A DNA stretch of 64,000 nucleotides from Eledone cirrhosa (GCA_964016885.1 OZ024749.1:16182001-16246000), one strand, 5' to 3'; counted from the stretch's first letter, positions 15,745 through 27,836 are shown. Numbers and translations: made by a program. The notes: a model not told the origin generated them from the sequence alone.

Positions 15745-16680
15745 TGTTATTGTTGTTGATGTTATTGTTATTGATGGGGATGTTAGTGGTGGTGGTGGTG
15801 GTGGCGGTGGTGGTGATGGTCGTGGTAGTGGTGGTGGTAGTGATGGTGGTGGTGGTGGTAGTGATGGTGGTGGTAGTGATGGTGATGGTGGTGGGGGTGG
15901 GGATGATGTCGGAGGTGGTGGTAGTGATGGTGATGGTGGTGGTGGTGATGGTGGTAGTGGTGGTGGTGGTGGTAGTGATGGTGATGTTGGTAGTGAGGGT
16001 AGTAGTGATGGTGGTAGTCGTAGTGGTGTAGTGATGTTGGTGGTGGTAGTGGTAGTGATGGTGGTGGTAGTGATGGTGATGGTGGTGGTAGTGATGGTGA
16101 TGGTGCTGGTGGTGGTGGTGGTAGTGATGGTAGTGGTGGTAGTGGTGATGGTGGTGATGGTGGTAGGGATGGTGTTGTTATTGTTAGTGGTAGGGGTGGT
16201 AGTGGTGATGGTGTAGGTAGTAGTAGTAGTGGTGGTGGTGATAGTAGTAGTAGTGGTGGTGTTACTGGTTTTGTTGTTACTGTTGCTAGTGATGGTGGTG
16301 GTAGTTGTGGTGTTGTTGTTGTTGTTGTTGTTGGTGGTGGTGGTGTTGGTGGTAGAGTAGGTGATGGTAGTCGTGGTGGTGATATTGGGTGGAAGTGGCT
16401 GAGGTAGTGTCTTTCTCCCTTTTCTCTCTCTAACAGACAGTTATGATGGTGGTAGTAGTGATTGTAGTGGTAGTAGTGGTTGTAGTAGTGGTGTTGTTGT
16501 TGGTAGTGGTGGTGGTAATGGATGTGGTAGTGGTGGTGGTGGTGTTATTGTTGTTGCTGGTGGTGTTGGCGATAGTAGTAGTGGTGGTGGCGATAGTAGT
16601 AGTGGTGGTGGTGGTAGTAGTGGTAGTAGTGGTGGTAGTAGTGGTGCTGGTGGTGGTAGAAGTGGTAGAAGTTGTAGTCC
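15745..16680. repeat. (GGT)n/(AGT)n trinucleotide region
   Basis: Direct inspection. Confidence 0.9.
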
Positions 16681-17060
16681 TTCGTTTGGGTAGAGTAAGT
16701 TGCCTTATTAGCTCTCTTTTTCATACCCTCTCTCTCTCTCTACCCCTCTCACTCACTCCCCTCTCGTTCTTTCCCAATCCTCCCCTCTCACTCTCACCCT
16801 TCATCACCCCTCTCTCACTCCCATTCTACACCCCACCCCTCACACTATCCCACTTCTCACCCTCTCACTCTCTCCCACTCCTCCCCCTCTCACTCTCTGC
16901 CCCTAATTCGAACTCTCCCTTCCTCACTCCTCCTCTCACTCTCTCTTTCTGAATCCTTTATTTATTTTAAATATTTTTTATTTGTTTATTTGACATGTTT
17001 ACTCGATTTACTTTCCATAAAATTTCTATTTCTGGGGTTTTTTGTGGAGGGAAGAAGAAA

Positions 17061-17196
17061 GACAGGTGAGAGATGCAGGCGACACAGGTGAGAGATGCAG
17101 GCGACACAGGTGAGAGATGCAGGCGACACAGGTGAGAGATGCAGACGACACAGGTGAGAGATGCAGACGACACAGGTGAGAGATGCAGACGACACA
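17061..17196. repeat. 22-bp tandem repeat x6 (acaggtgagagatgcaggcgac)
   Basis: Direct inspection; abuts a family X fragment. Confidence 0.9.
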
Positions 17197-17299
17197 CAGA
17201 GCTCAAGCCGTTTCGTCGGCTTTTCTGGACTCCCTTAGTAGAGCACTTTCCGACCCTACACTTTGTTACCACACCACCTTCGTTATATATATATAAATA

Positions 17300-17707
17300 T
17301 ATGCAAAGGTTATATTTAATTTGTTGGAATTCAACAAACTTAAAAGTGTTATAACTGATATAAAGCACTCAACAGTCTAGTGGAGTAAATATTCATTATA
17401 TTAATAAATATAAACTATATTTATACAACCATATTTATTTTATTATATATATTTAAAGGACAGCCAAGGCAAATTTTGGTGCGCTTTCATCAGATAAAAT
17501 ACAAAATTTGTTTTATAAATGTTGACAGTCACTATCCAGCGAACCTCCTACCGTCAAGGTTGTTCTTCTGCGGGAATGTCAACATTTATAAAACAAATTT
17601 TGTATTTTATGTGATGAAAGCGCTCCAAAATTTGCCTTGGTTGCCCTTGAAATATATATAATAAAATAAATATGGTTGTATAAATATAGTTTCCATTTAT
17701 TAATATA

Positions 17708-17710
<3 letters not shown>
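17300..17710. mobile_element. Fold-back Penelope-like terminus with two mutated hammerheads (17436-17501 minus, 17603-17668 plus)
   Basis: Arms 17394-17527 and 17577-17710; stem I UAUUUUAU/AUAAAAUA; tail 17300-17393 on minus arm; (TA)n both sides. Confidence 0.8.
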
Positions 17711-17749
<39 letters not shown>

Positions 17750-18040
17750 CGAAGGAGGTGTGGTAAGGAACCAGATGGACCATAATGCACCAGAGTACTC
17801 AATACTTCGGGTAGTATAGTGGGTAATAGTCCAGAAATAGCCGTGGAAACGGCTTGAGCTCTATCGTCGGGTTTGAACATTTCCATATATATATATATAA
17901 ATCAACTTTTAGTTCCTGTCTATTTGTTTGTTTGTTCACGAACTCCTCCTATGGTTTTGGAGAGAGACCCACATAAACATATATATTCTGAAACTACATT
18001 GCCCAGGGTACTTGGATAAGTATATTTCACTTTAATCAAA

Positions 18041-18300
18041 GGGTTCCCCGGGGCACAAACCCCTGCTGAAAATGTTTTCCTTTCGATTTATATGAAATTT
18101 AAACCATAGGTAAATGACAATATATTATGCCTATTCACGAAATTTCAGCAAATTTCAATAATATTAAGACATCCTAATGGAGGTTAAACCCCCCTTTTCG
18201 GGTTCCCCGGAGGCACAAACTCACGCTGAAAATGTTTTCCCTTCTATTTATATGAAATTTACACCATAGGTAAATGACAAGATATGATGCCTATTCACAA
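18041..18300. repeat. Two ~160-bp tandem units (gggttccccgg..gcacaaac...cctattcac)
   Basis: Units begin near 18041 and 18200; possibly within a Helitron/Helentron-like non-autonomous element (weak). Confidence 0.7.
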
Positions 18301-18381
18301 AAGTTTTGAATTGATATTTTGAAAAATATTATTTACAAGAAGCAAAATAACTCCTGTTTTCACCAAAACAATCTTTTCCGA

Positions 18382-18494
<113 letters not shown>

Positions 18495-18763
18495 CACACA
18501 CACATACATATATATACATACACACACATACATATATATATATATACACACATATACATATATATATATACACACACACATATATATACACACATACACA
18601 TATATACATATATATACACATATATATTCACATACATACATGTATATATACATATATATATATGTATATATATATAGATATATACTTACATATATATACA
18701 CATACATATATATACATATATATATATATATACATACATACATATATACTTACATATATATAC

Positions 18764-18798
<35 letters not shown>

Positions 18799-18859
18799 CA
18801 TACATACATATACACATATATATATATATATACACACACACACATATATATATATATAT

Positions 18860-18898
<39 letters not shown>

Positions 18899-18899
<1 letters not shown>

Positions 18900-19358
18900 G
18901 AGAGTATTGAAGTTTGCTTGAAGCATTGTGGAATAATAAGGTATATTTATTTAGGCAGATGGGTAAATCTTCGGGTAACAAGATCCGGTGGTAGAGAGAG
19001 AGAGATGTAAGTGGGTGTACATTGAGATGCGTGGTGTGTATAAGACGTGTACAGGAATGAAGGAAAGAGTATAAAGGATAAAATAACAAGACGAGAGAGA
19101 GTTACCTTGGGAGATATTTAATTGTCCCTATATATTTCGGATGTGAATCCGAAATATATAGGGACAATTAAATCTCTCCCAAGGTAACTCTATCTCGTGT
19201 TATTATTATTGTTATCCTTTACGCTCTTTCCTACACTCTTCTACACGCTACACATCTCAACCTACATTCACTTACATCTCTCTCTCTCTACCACCGGATC
19301 TTGTTACCCGGAGATTTACCCATCTGCATTGTTGAGGCTTCCAAAATGACCTAAAGAA
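18899..19358. mobile_element. Fold-back element centred on a hammerhead stem II-like hairpin
   Basis: Arms 18955-19142 and 19147-19327, loop gtga; ggat-gtga-atcc GAAA UAUA UA GGGAC; (TA)n flanks; related fragment at 31700-31796. Confidence 0.75.
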
Positions 19359-19489
19359 ATATATATATATATATATACACACATACATACATATTTATAC
19401 ATACATATATATATATATATACACACATACATACATACATACATACATACATACATACATGTATATATACATATATATATATACATGTT

Positions 19490-19778
19490 AACAGTAGCAC
19501 CCAAAACATGTCGCATGGTCGGGTCGTCGGCTACTAAAGCGGCAACCCCACCAAGTTTACTTGCTGAGGAGGGTGCTTTTGGACACCCTGCAGGACAAAA
19601 AACAAAACCTAACTAAGGGCGGAAGAACTCATAAGAGTCAACGGCCATCCAAAGGTGTGTAAATATGTATATACACATGTACATATGTACAGGCATTGGA
19701 CGATAGAATTAATAAATAATTATTAATAATGGTATATCGTGCAATGGCAATACTCGATAACGAGGGGACAGCCATCAT
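19490..19778 (+). mobile_element. Very short bipartite RTE derivative (5' head plus 3' tail)
   Basis: 19513-19652 aligns to 647-784; 19735-19778 aligns to the RTE tail at 512-556. Confidence 0.65.
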
Positions 19779-20501
19779 ATATATACAACATATATCTATG
19801 TACCTATATATATATATACATACACACATATATATATACACACACACATACATATATATATATATACACACACACACGCATATATACACGCACACACACT
19901 TATATATATATATACACACACACGCACATACACACACACACACACATACACACATATATACACACATACACAAACACATATACAAAAAGAAATATTATTT
20001 TCGGTCTAACATAGCGGATACACAAATGCATTCGTGAGTTTTATATCGAATACTAATAATATTATAATAACATTATTAATATTCAGTTCGTTTGCAAGCA
20101 AGCAGCCTCATAACGACATGTGTTTTTAGACGACTATCATCATTTTGTTCTAGCGGTAGCAGAGAGAAACAATCGACAAGGATTTCAGGGTTATTGCCCC
20201 TTGTCAAGATTGTGTAGCTCTCCTTTTTCTGCTACACACTAAAACTCCTGAGAATATATAGTATTCTCTAAAGTATACATCGGCTGATAAGACTAATTTG
20301 CATACCGAGTGATTTTACAGCTGGCTTTGCTGAAAATTAAAGACAAAACTTGTTTTCGCTCTAACATAGCGGATACGTAAATGTATTCGTGTGTTTTAAA
20401 CTCAGAGGCAGAAGATAACTGTAAATACAATCGAGGGTTGTTATAAATAGCTTATAAAAGTGTGTAGTATTTTGTTGTTGTTACAGTAGTAACACAGAAC
20501 A

Positions 20502-21505
20502 AGTTCTGTCTTCCACAATGACATGTACAGTTACAGTATAGTGGTGTGTAGTAGTAAAACAGTACTAGTTCTGTCTTTCACAATGACATGTACAGTTACA
20601 GTATAGTGGTGTGTAGTAGTAAAACAGTACTAGTTCTGTCTACCACAATGACATGTACAGTTACAGTATAGTGGTGTGTAGTAGTAAAACAGTACTAGTT
20701 CTGTCTACCACAATGACATGTACAGTTACAGTATAGTGGTGTGTAGTAGTAAAACAGTACTAGTTCTGTCTACCACAATGACATGTACAGTTACAGTATA
20801 GTGGTGTGTAGTAGTAAAACAGTACTAGTTCTGTCTACCACAATGACATGTACAGTTACAGTATAGTGGTGTGTAGTAGTAAAACAGTACTAGTTCTGTC
20901 TACCACAATGACATGTACAGTTACAGTATAGTGGTGTGTAGTAGTAAAACAGTACTAGTTCTGTCTACCACAATGACATGTACAGTTACAGTATAGTGGT
21001 GTGTAGTAGTAAAACAGTACTAGTTCTGTCTACCACAATGACATGTACAGTTACAGTATAGTGGTGTGTAGTAGTAAAACAGTACTAGTTCTGTCTACCA
21101 CAATGACATGTACAGTTACAGTATAGTGGTGTGTAGTAGTAAAACAGTACTAGTTCTGTCTACCACAATGACATGTACAGTTACAGTATAGTGGTGTGTA
21201 GTAGTAAAACAGTACTAGTTCTGTCTACCACAATGACATGTACAGTTACAGTATAGTGGTGTGTAGTAGTAAAACAGTACTAGTTCTGTCTACCACAATG
21301 ACATGTACAGTTACAGTATAGTGGTGTGTAGTAGTAAAACAGTACTAGTTCTGTCTACCACAATGACATGTACAGTTACAGTATAGTGGTGTGTAGTAGT
21401 AAAACAGTACTAGTTCTGTCTACCACAATGACATGTACAGTTACAGTATAGTGGTGTGTAGTAGTAAAACAGTACTAGTTCTGTCTACCACAATGACATG
21501 TACAG
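20502..21505. repeat. 65-bp tandem repeat, ~15.4 near-identical copies
   Basis: Unit agttctgtctaccacaatgacatgtacagttacagtatagtggtgtgtagtagtaaaacagtact; no spacers. Confidence 0.97.
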
Positions 21506-21707
21506 CTGCTGTTCAGTTTAAAATATTCTATAATGAGAAAACGCAGTTTGTCATTTCTACAGCCTCCCAAGGGTGTAGACACACACACACACACACACAG
21601 GGAAATATATATACATATATATATATCGACCTAGCTCTCTATATATATACATACATATGTTAATATATGGTAATATATATAAGCACTTATGTACACACAC
21701 ACACCGC

Positions 21708-21751
<44 letters not shown>

Positions 21752-21766
21752 GTATGTATGTGTGTA

Positions 21767-21808
<42 letters not shown>

Positions 21809-21931
21809 GATACATATATACATACATAAATAAATACATATATTTTTTCATACACACCCACCCATCCATATATATATATAAATATAAAGATACACACATA
21901 CACACACACATATATATATACATACATATAC

Positions 21932-21974
<43 letters not shown>

Positions 21975-22065
21975 GTAAATATGGTCAGTGAACAGTAATG
22001 ACTGTATAGTTATCAGTCTTTCACAGTTGATAGTGGAACACAGGATATCAGTTTACAGGTTACTG

Positions 22066-22101
<36 letters not shown>

Positions 22102-22131
22102 CGATCAAAAGATGGTTAAAAGAGTTCCAAG

Positions 22132-22202
22132 TATTTTATTATGCGCATTTCAAAAACATATATCATCATGAGATGATATCTGCATTTTCATCAGATAAAC
22201 TA
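22132..22202 (-). ncRNA. Type I hammerhead ribozyme
   Basis: Reverse-complement copy of 22277-22347 with a few substitutions. Confidence 0.75.
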
Positions 22203-22276
22203 GGGATACATGATATGAAGGTTAAAAAACACTCCACTGCTCGCAAGTGTTTTTTAACCTTCATATCATGTATCCC

Positions 22277-22347
22277 TATTTTATCTGATGAAAACGCAGA
22301 TATCATCTCATGATGATATTTGTTTTTGAAATGCGCATAATAAAATA
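22277..22347 (+). ncRNA. Type I hammerhead ribozyme
   Basis: UAUUUUAU CUGAUGA [16-bp stem II, loop UCAU] GAAA UGCGCA UA/ AUAAAAUA. Confidence 0.85.
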
Positions 22348-22377
22348 CTTGGAACTCTTTTAACCATCTTTTGATCG

Positions 22378-22431
<54 letters not shown>

Positions 22432-22485
22432 ATATTTGTGTGCATATGTTTGTTTATATGTAAGTATGTATGTATGCATGTATGA

Positions 22486-22534
<49 letters not shown>

Positions 22535-22537
<3 letters not shown>

Positions 22538-22787
22538 GATAGTTGCCCCCTCGTTATCGAGTATGGCCATTGCACGATATACCATTATTAATTAATTCTA
22601 TCGTGCAATGCCTGTGCATGAAGAGATTTTTGAAAGTGAGGAAAGACTGTGCACTGAGCCAATCCCACTCTCTGGGCGACAGTAGCTATAACCCGAAAAG
22701 AAGAAAAGATCAACATCATCGGTAACTACTGAGCCGCAGGTTTTATATTGGAGTTATCCCAGCTTCCTGAGATACCTTCTCCTAGAA
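22535..22787 (-). mobile_element. Short RTE-derived non-autonomous element (subfamily of 594-1230)
   Basis: Reverse complement begins tctaggagaagg, contains gatgttgat and gagagtggga, ends with the RTE tail. Confidence 0.65.
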
Positions 22788-22932
22788 GAATGCACATACA
22801 TACTTTCATACATACATACACACACACATACATACATACATACATACTTACATATAAACATACATATGCACACAAATATATATATATATATTTGTGTGCA
22901 TATGTATGTTTATACGTAAGTATGTATGTATA

Positions 22933-23066
22933 CATTATTTCTGAAGACAGCTTATATATGTGAAGGTATGTATATTTCCTCTGATAGTTTGTAAAATGTT
23001 TACATAGATCTATATGATATACATACCAACACACATATATATCCTAGAAACGATCGTAAAATGATG
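22933..23066 (+). ncRNA. Hammerhead ribozyme with ~100-nt extended stem II
   Basis: CAUUAUUU CUGAAGA CAGC...CCUA GAAA CGAUCG UA/ AAAUGAUG; same family as 38920-39073. Confidence 0.7.
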
Positions 23067-23134
23067 AACTTTTAATATGAGGAACTTGTTCTTTGTTTTT
23101 ATTCATTATTTTTATTAATTTATATATATATATA

Positions 23135-23307
23135 TATTAAAATAACAGATTAAAGTTTAAGCAAAGAATCGGTGCTTTCACCCTTAACGGTGCTTAAACT
23201 TTAATCTGTTATTTTAATAAATATTTGCTCTACGGTTCTTATATATTTGATATATATTTATCCTTATCGTGCCCTCCTTGGATTTTAGTCTTCAAATTTA
23301 TTATTAT

Positions 23308-23310
<3 letters not shown>
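23135..23310. mobile_element. Mini fold-back Penelope-like terminus with tail
   Basis: Arms about 23135-23163 and 23190-23219; tail with bulged hairpin from 23227; (TA)n flanks. Confidence 0.6.
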
Positions 23311-23342
<32 letters not shown>

Positions 23343-23898
23343 CATATATAGACTAACATACATAAAAAGTCCATTATAATGCTAATGTTTCAAGTTTCTA
23401 TCATATAAATGTTTATATACGAAAATAACGATATGTCAACAGATGATGTCAAATATAGAACTGCGTCAGCTAGGAGAGGGCATTTGGTGTTACTAAAGTC
23501 TATACATACATGTAGGTATGTGTATATATAGGAAAATGTTTAACCCTGACGGCAGAGCTCAAGCCATTTCGACGGCTATTTCTGGACTGGAACCAGATGG
23601 ACCATAAAGCACCAGAGTACTCAATACTTAGGGTAGTAGAGTGGGTAATAGGTGCGTTATGGTCCATCTGGTTCCTTACCACACCTCCTTGGTTATATAT
23701 ATATATATATCTAAGCGTGTGTGTGGGGGTGTGTGGGTGTGTATATATATATGTGTGTGTGTGTGTATATATATATATATCCATATGTATATATATATAT
23801 CCATATATATATATATATATATTAAAAATCACATTACGAAGTTTCACATGAATGTTTTTATTTATTAACCTATATACATATATATATAAATATATATG

Positions 23899-23929
<31 letters not shown>

Positions 23930-23945
23930 ATGTGTGTGTGTCTAT

Positions 23946-23986
<41 letters not shown>

Positions 23987-24026
23987 TATATACACACATA
24001 TACATATGTGTGTGCGTGAATACGAG

Positions 24027-24078
<52 letters not shown>

Positions 24079-24908
24079 TATATACACACATATACATACA
24101 TATGTGTGTGCGTGAATACGAGTATATATATTAGGAATCTATCGTTTTCATATTATTTGCAAGAAGGCAGCACGATCCTGTTTATCCAAAAGAACCACAT
24201 CAACACTCATCGATAGCTTTCGTTTTTCTCTAATGAGAAAATCCTTTACCAAGACCAAAAGTATAACAGGAGAAATGATAAAATGATAGATGTTTTTATG
24301 CAGATCCTACTAATGTCCTCACAGTGGTGCACACTATCTTTCAAGCAGTTGTGATGGTTTTACAGTAGTGATGAGCGACGAAGGTCTTATCTTGTTGCCT
24401 CATATCTTTACACGAAGTCTTTGAATTAACGCTGTTCGATAGGTTGTGGTGCTGGGGACAGATTTGAAGTCCCTGGTGGTTCAAGTATGCAATGGGATGT
24501 CATACTTCCACAACAGGGTCTTTGAATTAATGCTGTTCTATAGTTTGTGGTGCTGGGGACAGATTTGAAGTCCCTGGTGGTTCAAGTATGCAATGGGATG
24601 TCATACTTCCACAACAGGGTCTTTGAATTAATGCTGTTCTGTAGTTTGTGGTGCTGGGGACAGATTTGAAGTCCCTGGTGGTTCAAGTATGCAGTGGGAT
24701 GTCATACTTCCATAACAGGGTCTTTGAATTAATGCTGTTCTATAGTTTGTGGTGCTGGGGACAGATTTTAAAGCTCTGGATGGCTGAAGTACACAATGGA
24801 AGGTCATATATGTTTCAACAAGACAAACTCAATATCCTCTCACAAAACACACATAACCCAAGGAAGGCTACCAGACAATCTGGGAGTCACGTAACACCAA
24901 ATCTGAAA

Positions 24909-25070
24909 GGCGGTGAATTGGCGGAGTCGTTAAAACGTCAGATAGAATAGTTTGTGGTATCCGTTCCGCCTTCTTCTCTCTGAGTTCAAATTCTCTCGGA
25001 GCTCAACTTAGCTTTCATATTTTCGAGGTCAATAAAGAAAAGCACCAGTCTAGTACTGGGGATCAATCTT
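24909..25070 (+). mobile_element. tRNA-derived SINE variant inserted in the transposase
   Basis: ggcggtgaattggcggagtcgtt...gagttcaaattc...ctttcatattttcgaggtcaataaa. Confidence 0.7.
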
Positions 25071-25375
25071 TCCTCTATATCTCTTTCTAACTTTCTATAA
25101 TTCTCTGGAAGAAATCGGCTGCGTTCAGATCTGGAGAGGGATGGGCCCCAGCAGGCTTTAAACATGCTCAAAAAACGCTGTATGCCATTACGGCGCCGTT
25201 ATGACTCCGACTGGAGTTATGGGACTAAAGAAGAAAAAGGAACACCAAACTTGTAGCCTCCAAACTCGCCAGATTAACATCCCATTGGCTACTACTTTTG
25301 GGACGTTGTTGAAAAGGGAAACTATCTGACATCTTCACAATTGGATGTCACCATTGGCCAAGAGATGATCTAAAC

Positions 25376-25795
25376 CAGTCATAGGCAAATTACAATCCCT
25401 TTGGCTTTCTGAATGGCATGACTAATTTCAAAATTATCTACAATTTCTTTTAGTAGTGCGCTCTGCCATTATAAGCCATATCGTGTGCTAGGCCACGTGG
25501 GTTCGATTCCTGGGCTGGGTTGAGCGTTGTCTTCCTGAGCAAAACACTTCATTTCATGTTCCTCCAGTAAACTCAGCTGAAGATGAGTACCAGCAATAGC
25601 TGGTAGGTTAACCCTGCGATGGACTGGTGACCTGTCCCGGGGGGGGGGTGGAGCCTTGCACTCCCAGTTGCTTCACGCCATGAAACCAGGATAAACACCG
25701 GCCTAACGAACCTTAAATGGCTTAAGACAGACTTTAGACCTTAGACATTAGATATTCTATGCGGCAGACTGCTCGAAAAAGGTTGCCCATGCCTG
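25376..25795. mobile_element. hAT-like MITE containing a SINE
   Basis: Termini cagtcataggcaa / ttgcccatgcctg; imperfect 8-bp flanks atctaaac / ccctaaat. Confidence 0.5.
25490..25735 (+). mobile_element. tRNA-SINE with Meta/Deu-like central domain
   Basis: ggttcgattcc B box; cctgagcaaaacactt; atgagtacc; aaccctgcgatggact...tcccagttgcttcacgc..gaaacc. Confidence 0.65.
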
Positions 25796-26012
25796 CCCTA
25801 AATGATGAAGAACCATTTAGTAAAGGCATCTCAAGTATTCTAGTCCCGTGTTGAAGCAATCATCGAAGTTAAAGGTGAAGTCATAGAAGACTGTTAGCAG
25901 GAGATTTATGGAGAACATGTGTACCAAATGTTTATTGGGTTTTTATTTTATTAAATTACCAAATATTCCCACAGATACCCCCCTCCCCTCCCCAACCTTG
26001 TATATATATATA

Positions 26013-26081
26013 TAGGGTATCCCCCAAAAATGTATATACACTCTAATTAGAAGTGTGTATACATTTTGGGAACACGCTGTA
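26013..26081. mobile_element. Minimal Tc1-like MITE (TIRs only)
   Basis: tagggtatcccccaaaaatgtata...tatacattttgggaacacgctgta; sibling at 44253-44332. Confidence 0.65.
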
Positions 26082-26084
26082 TGT

Positions 26085-26164
<80 letters not shown>

Positions 26165-26821
26165 CTATGTGTATGGGTGTGTATGTATGTATGTATGTAT
26201 GTGTGTGTATGTGTGTGAATAAAACAAGTGTGTGTGTGGCATGTCTGGAAAGCCATTGATCATAGGGTCTGGAGTCGGGGTGAAACATCAACACCAATAA
26301 CAACAATTCACTCTTCTAGGCTGCAGAGGGTGTTTACATAATACAAGGTATGTTCAACAGAGTTAGATAAAAGGAACTACTTCCGCTTCCGGTATCTCTT
26401 AGAAGCGATATTCACTGTAATTGCTCGATAATTACCTTCGTTGGTGGGGAGTGGGAGAGAAATAAACATGAAAGTGCCCCTTATACCTGTCAGCACCCAT
26501 AATACCCAGTATCCAGGGGAATTTTCAGGATCTCATGCCCATATATGGGCAAGACTACCCAGGTAATTAAAAACCAACAGACTGTGTAGGGAAGAGTAGC
26601 AGAATATTTTGACAGTTAGCATACATGATAATAGATTTACATAGCCAACACCTGATATGTGGCTAAATAATATATACACATATGTATACACATATGTATA
26701 CAATACATACGCACGTATATAATATATATACATATGTATTGAGCAGTATACACTATATCTACATATAAACACGCTTGAAAAATATGAAATGCGTATGTAT
26801 TACAAATCATATATATATATA

Positions 26822-26865
<44 letters not shown>

Positions 26866-26902
26866 CATAGATACATACACATACACATCATATACATATA
26901 TA

Positions 26903-26946
<44 letters not shown>

Positions 26947-27326
26947 CATACATAGATACATACACATACACATTCAAACATGCATATTTACACAAAAGAT
27001 TTTTGTGTGTTTGTATGTGTGTGTGGGGGTACGCATGCGAACGTATATGTACACGTATGTGTATTAATGTATGTATGTGTGCATCTATGTGTACGTGTAA
27101 ATGACTGAGTGTATATACATTTATGCAGGCGTATTAATAACTCGGTCAGTGAAAATAAACAATAATACAGGGGTAGATCGTTAAAAAATAAGGGTATTTA
27201 TAAGAGCAGCAAATACCCTGGTGGCATCTGTGTTAGCAAATAACAATATGTTTTTTAAAATATTATAGACTAGAAACATTACCTTTCCCCTTCATTAAAA
27301 TATACAAAACGATATATATATATATA

Positions 27327-27836
27327 TAGTTATGTAATAAACAACATAAGATAATTATTTCATTTACCAGTGGTTTCTTGAAGATATTTATATCTGTCTT
27401 CAGTCGTCAGAATGAATAAATGACCATTTATAAATGGTCATTTATTCATTCTGATGACTGAAGACAGATATAAATATCTGCCTTCAAGAAACCACTGGTA
27501 AATGAAATAATTAGCTTATGTTGTTTATTACATAACTAAAAAGCTCTGTAGCCTACATAGAGTACTCTCTTTTCCTTTACGTTGCTACGGAAATACTTCA
27601 TTTATATATATATATATATATATGTAATAAACAATATAAGATAATTATTTCATTTACAGTGGTTTCTTGAAGGCAGATATGTATATCTGTCTTCAATCGT
27701 CAGAATGAATAAATGACCCATTTATAAATGGGTCATTTATAAATAGGTCATTGTTTATTACATAACTAATAAGCTCTGTAGCCTTCATAGAGTACTCTCT
27801 TTTCCTTTACCTTTGCTACGGAAATACTTCATTTAT
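27327..27836. mobile_element. Tandem pair of fold-back Penelope-like termini with three hammerheads
   Basis: Palindrome centre tgaccatttataaatggtca 27421-27440; second unit 27621-27836 lacks the plus-strand hammerhead; minus-strand hammerheads at 27359-27416 and 27649-27709. Confidence 0.85.
27445..27506 (+). ncRNA. Type I hammerhead ribozyme
   Basis: UUCAUU CUGAUGA CUGAAGACAGAUA UAAA UAUCUGCCUUCAA GAAA CCACUGG UA/ AAUGAA. Confidence 0.8.

Larger units (their letters stand above)
22094..22384. mobile_element. Near-perfect ~290-bp palindrome of a Penelope-like terminus in (TA)n
   Basis: Arms meet at about 22234-22242; hammerhead in each arm; same family at 34570-35385. Confidence 0.85.
24185..25985 (+). 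pseudogene. Decayed Tc1/mariner-superfamily (maT-like) transposase with nested insertions
   Basis: Fragments FFSNEK..YQDQKYNRRND, NGRSYMFQQD, TPNL*PPNSPD..IGYYFWDVVE, SRVEAIIEVKGEVIE; ~101-bp internal tandem triplication 24417-24770. Confidence 0.75.

Noticed and set aside
20502-21505. CRISPR-like array
   Set aside because: Contiguous identical units with no spacers, no cas genes, eukaryotic context
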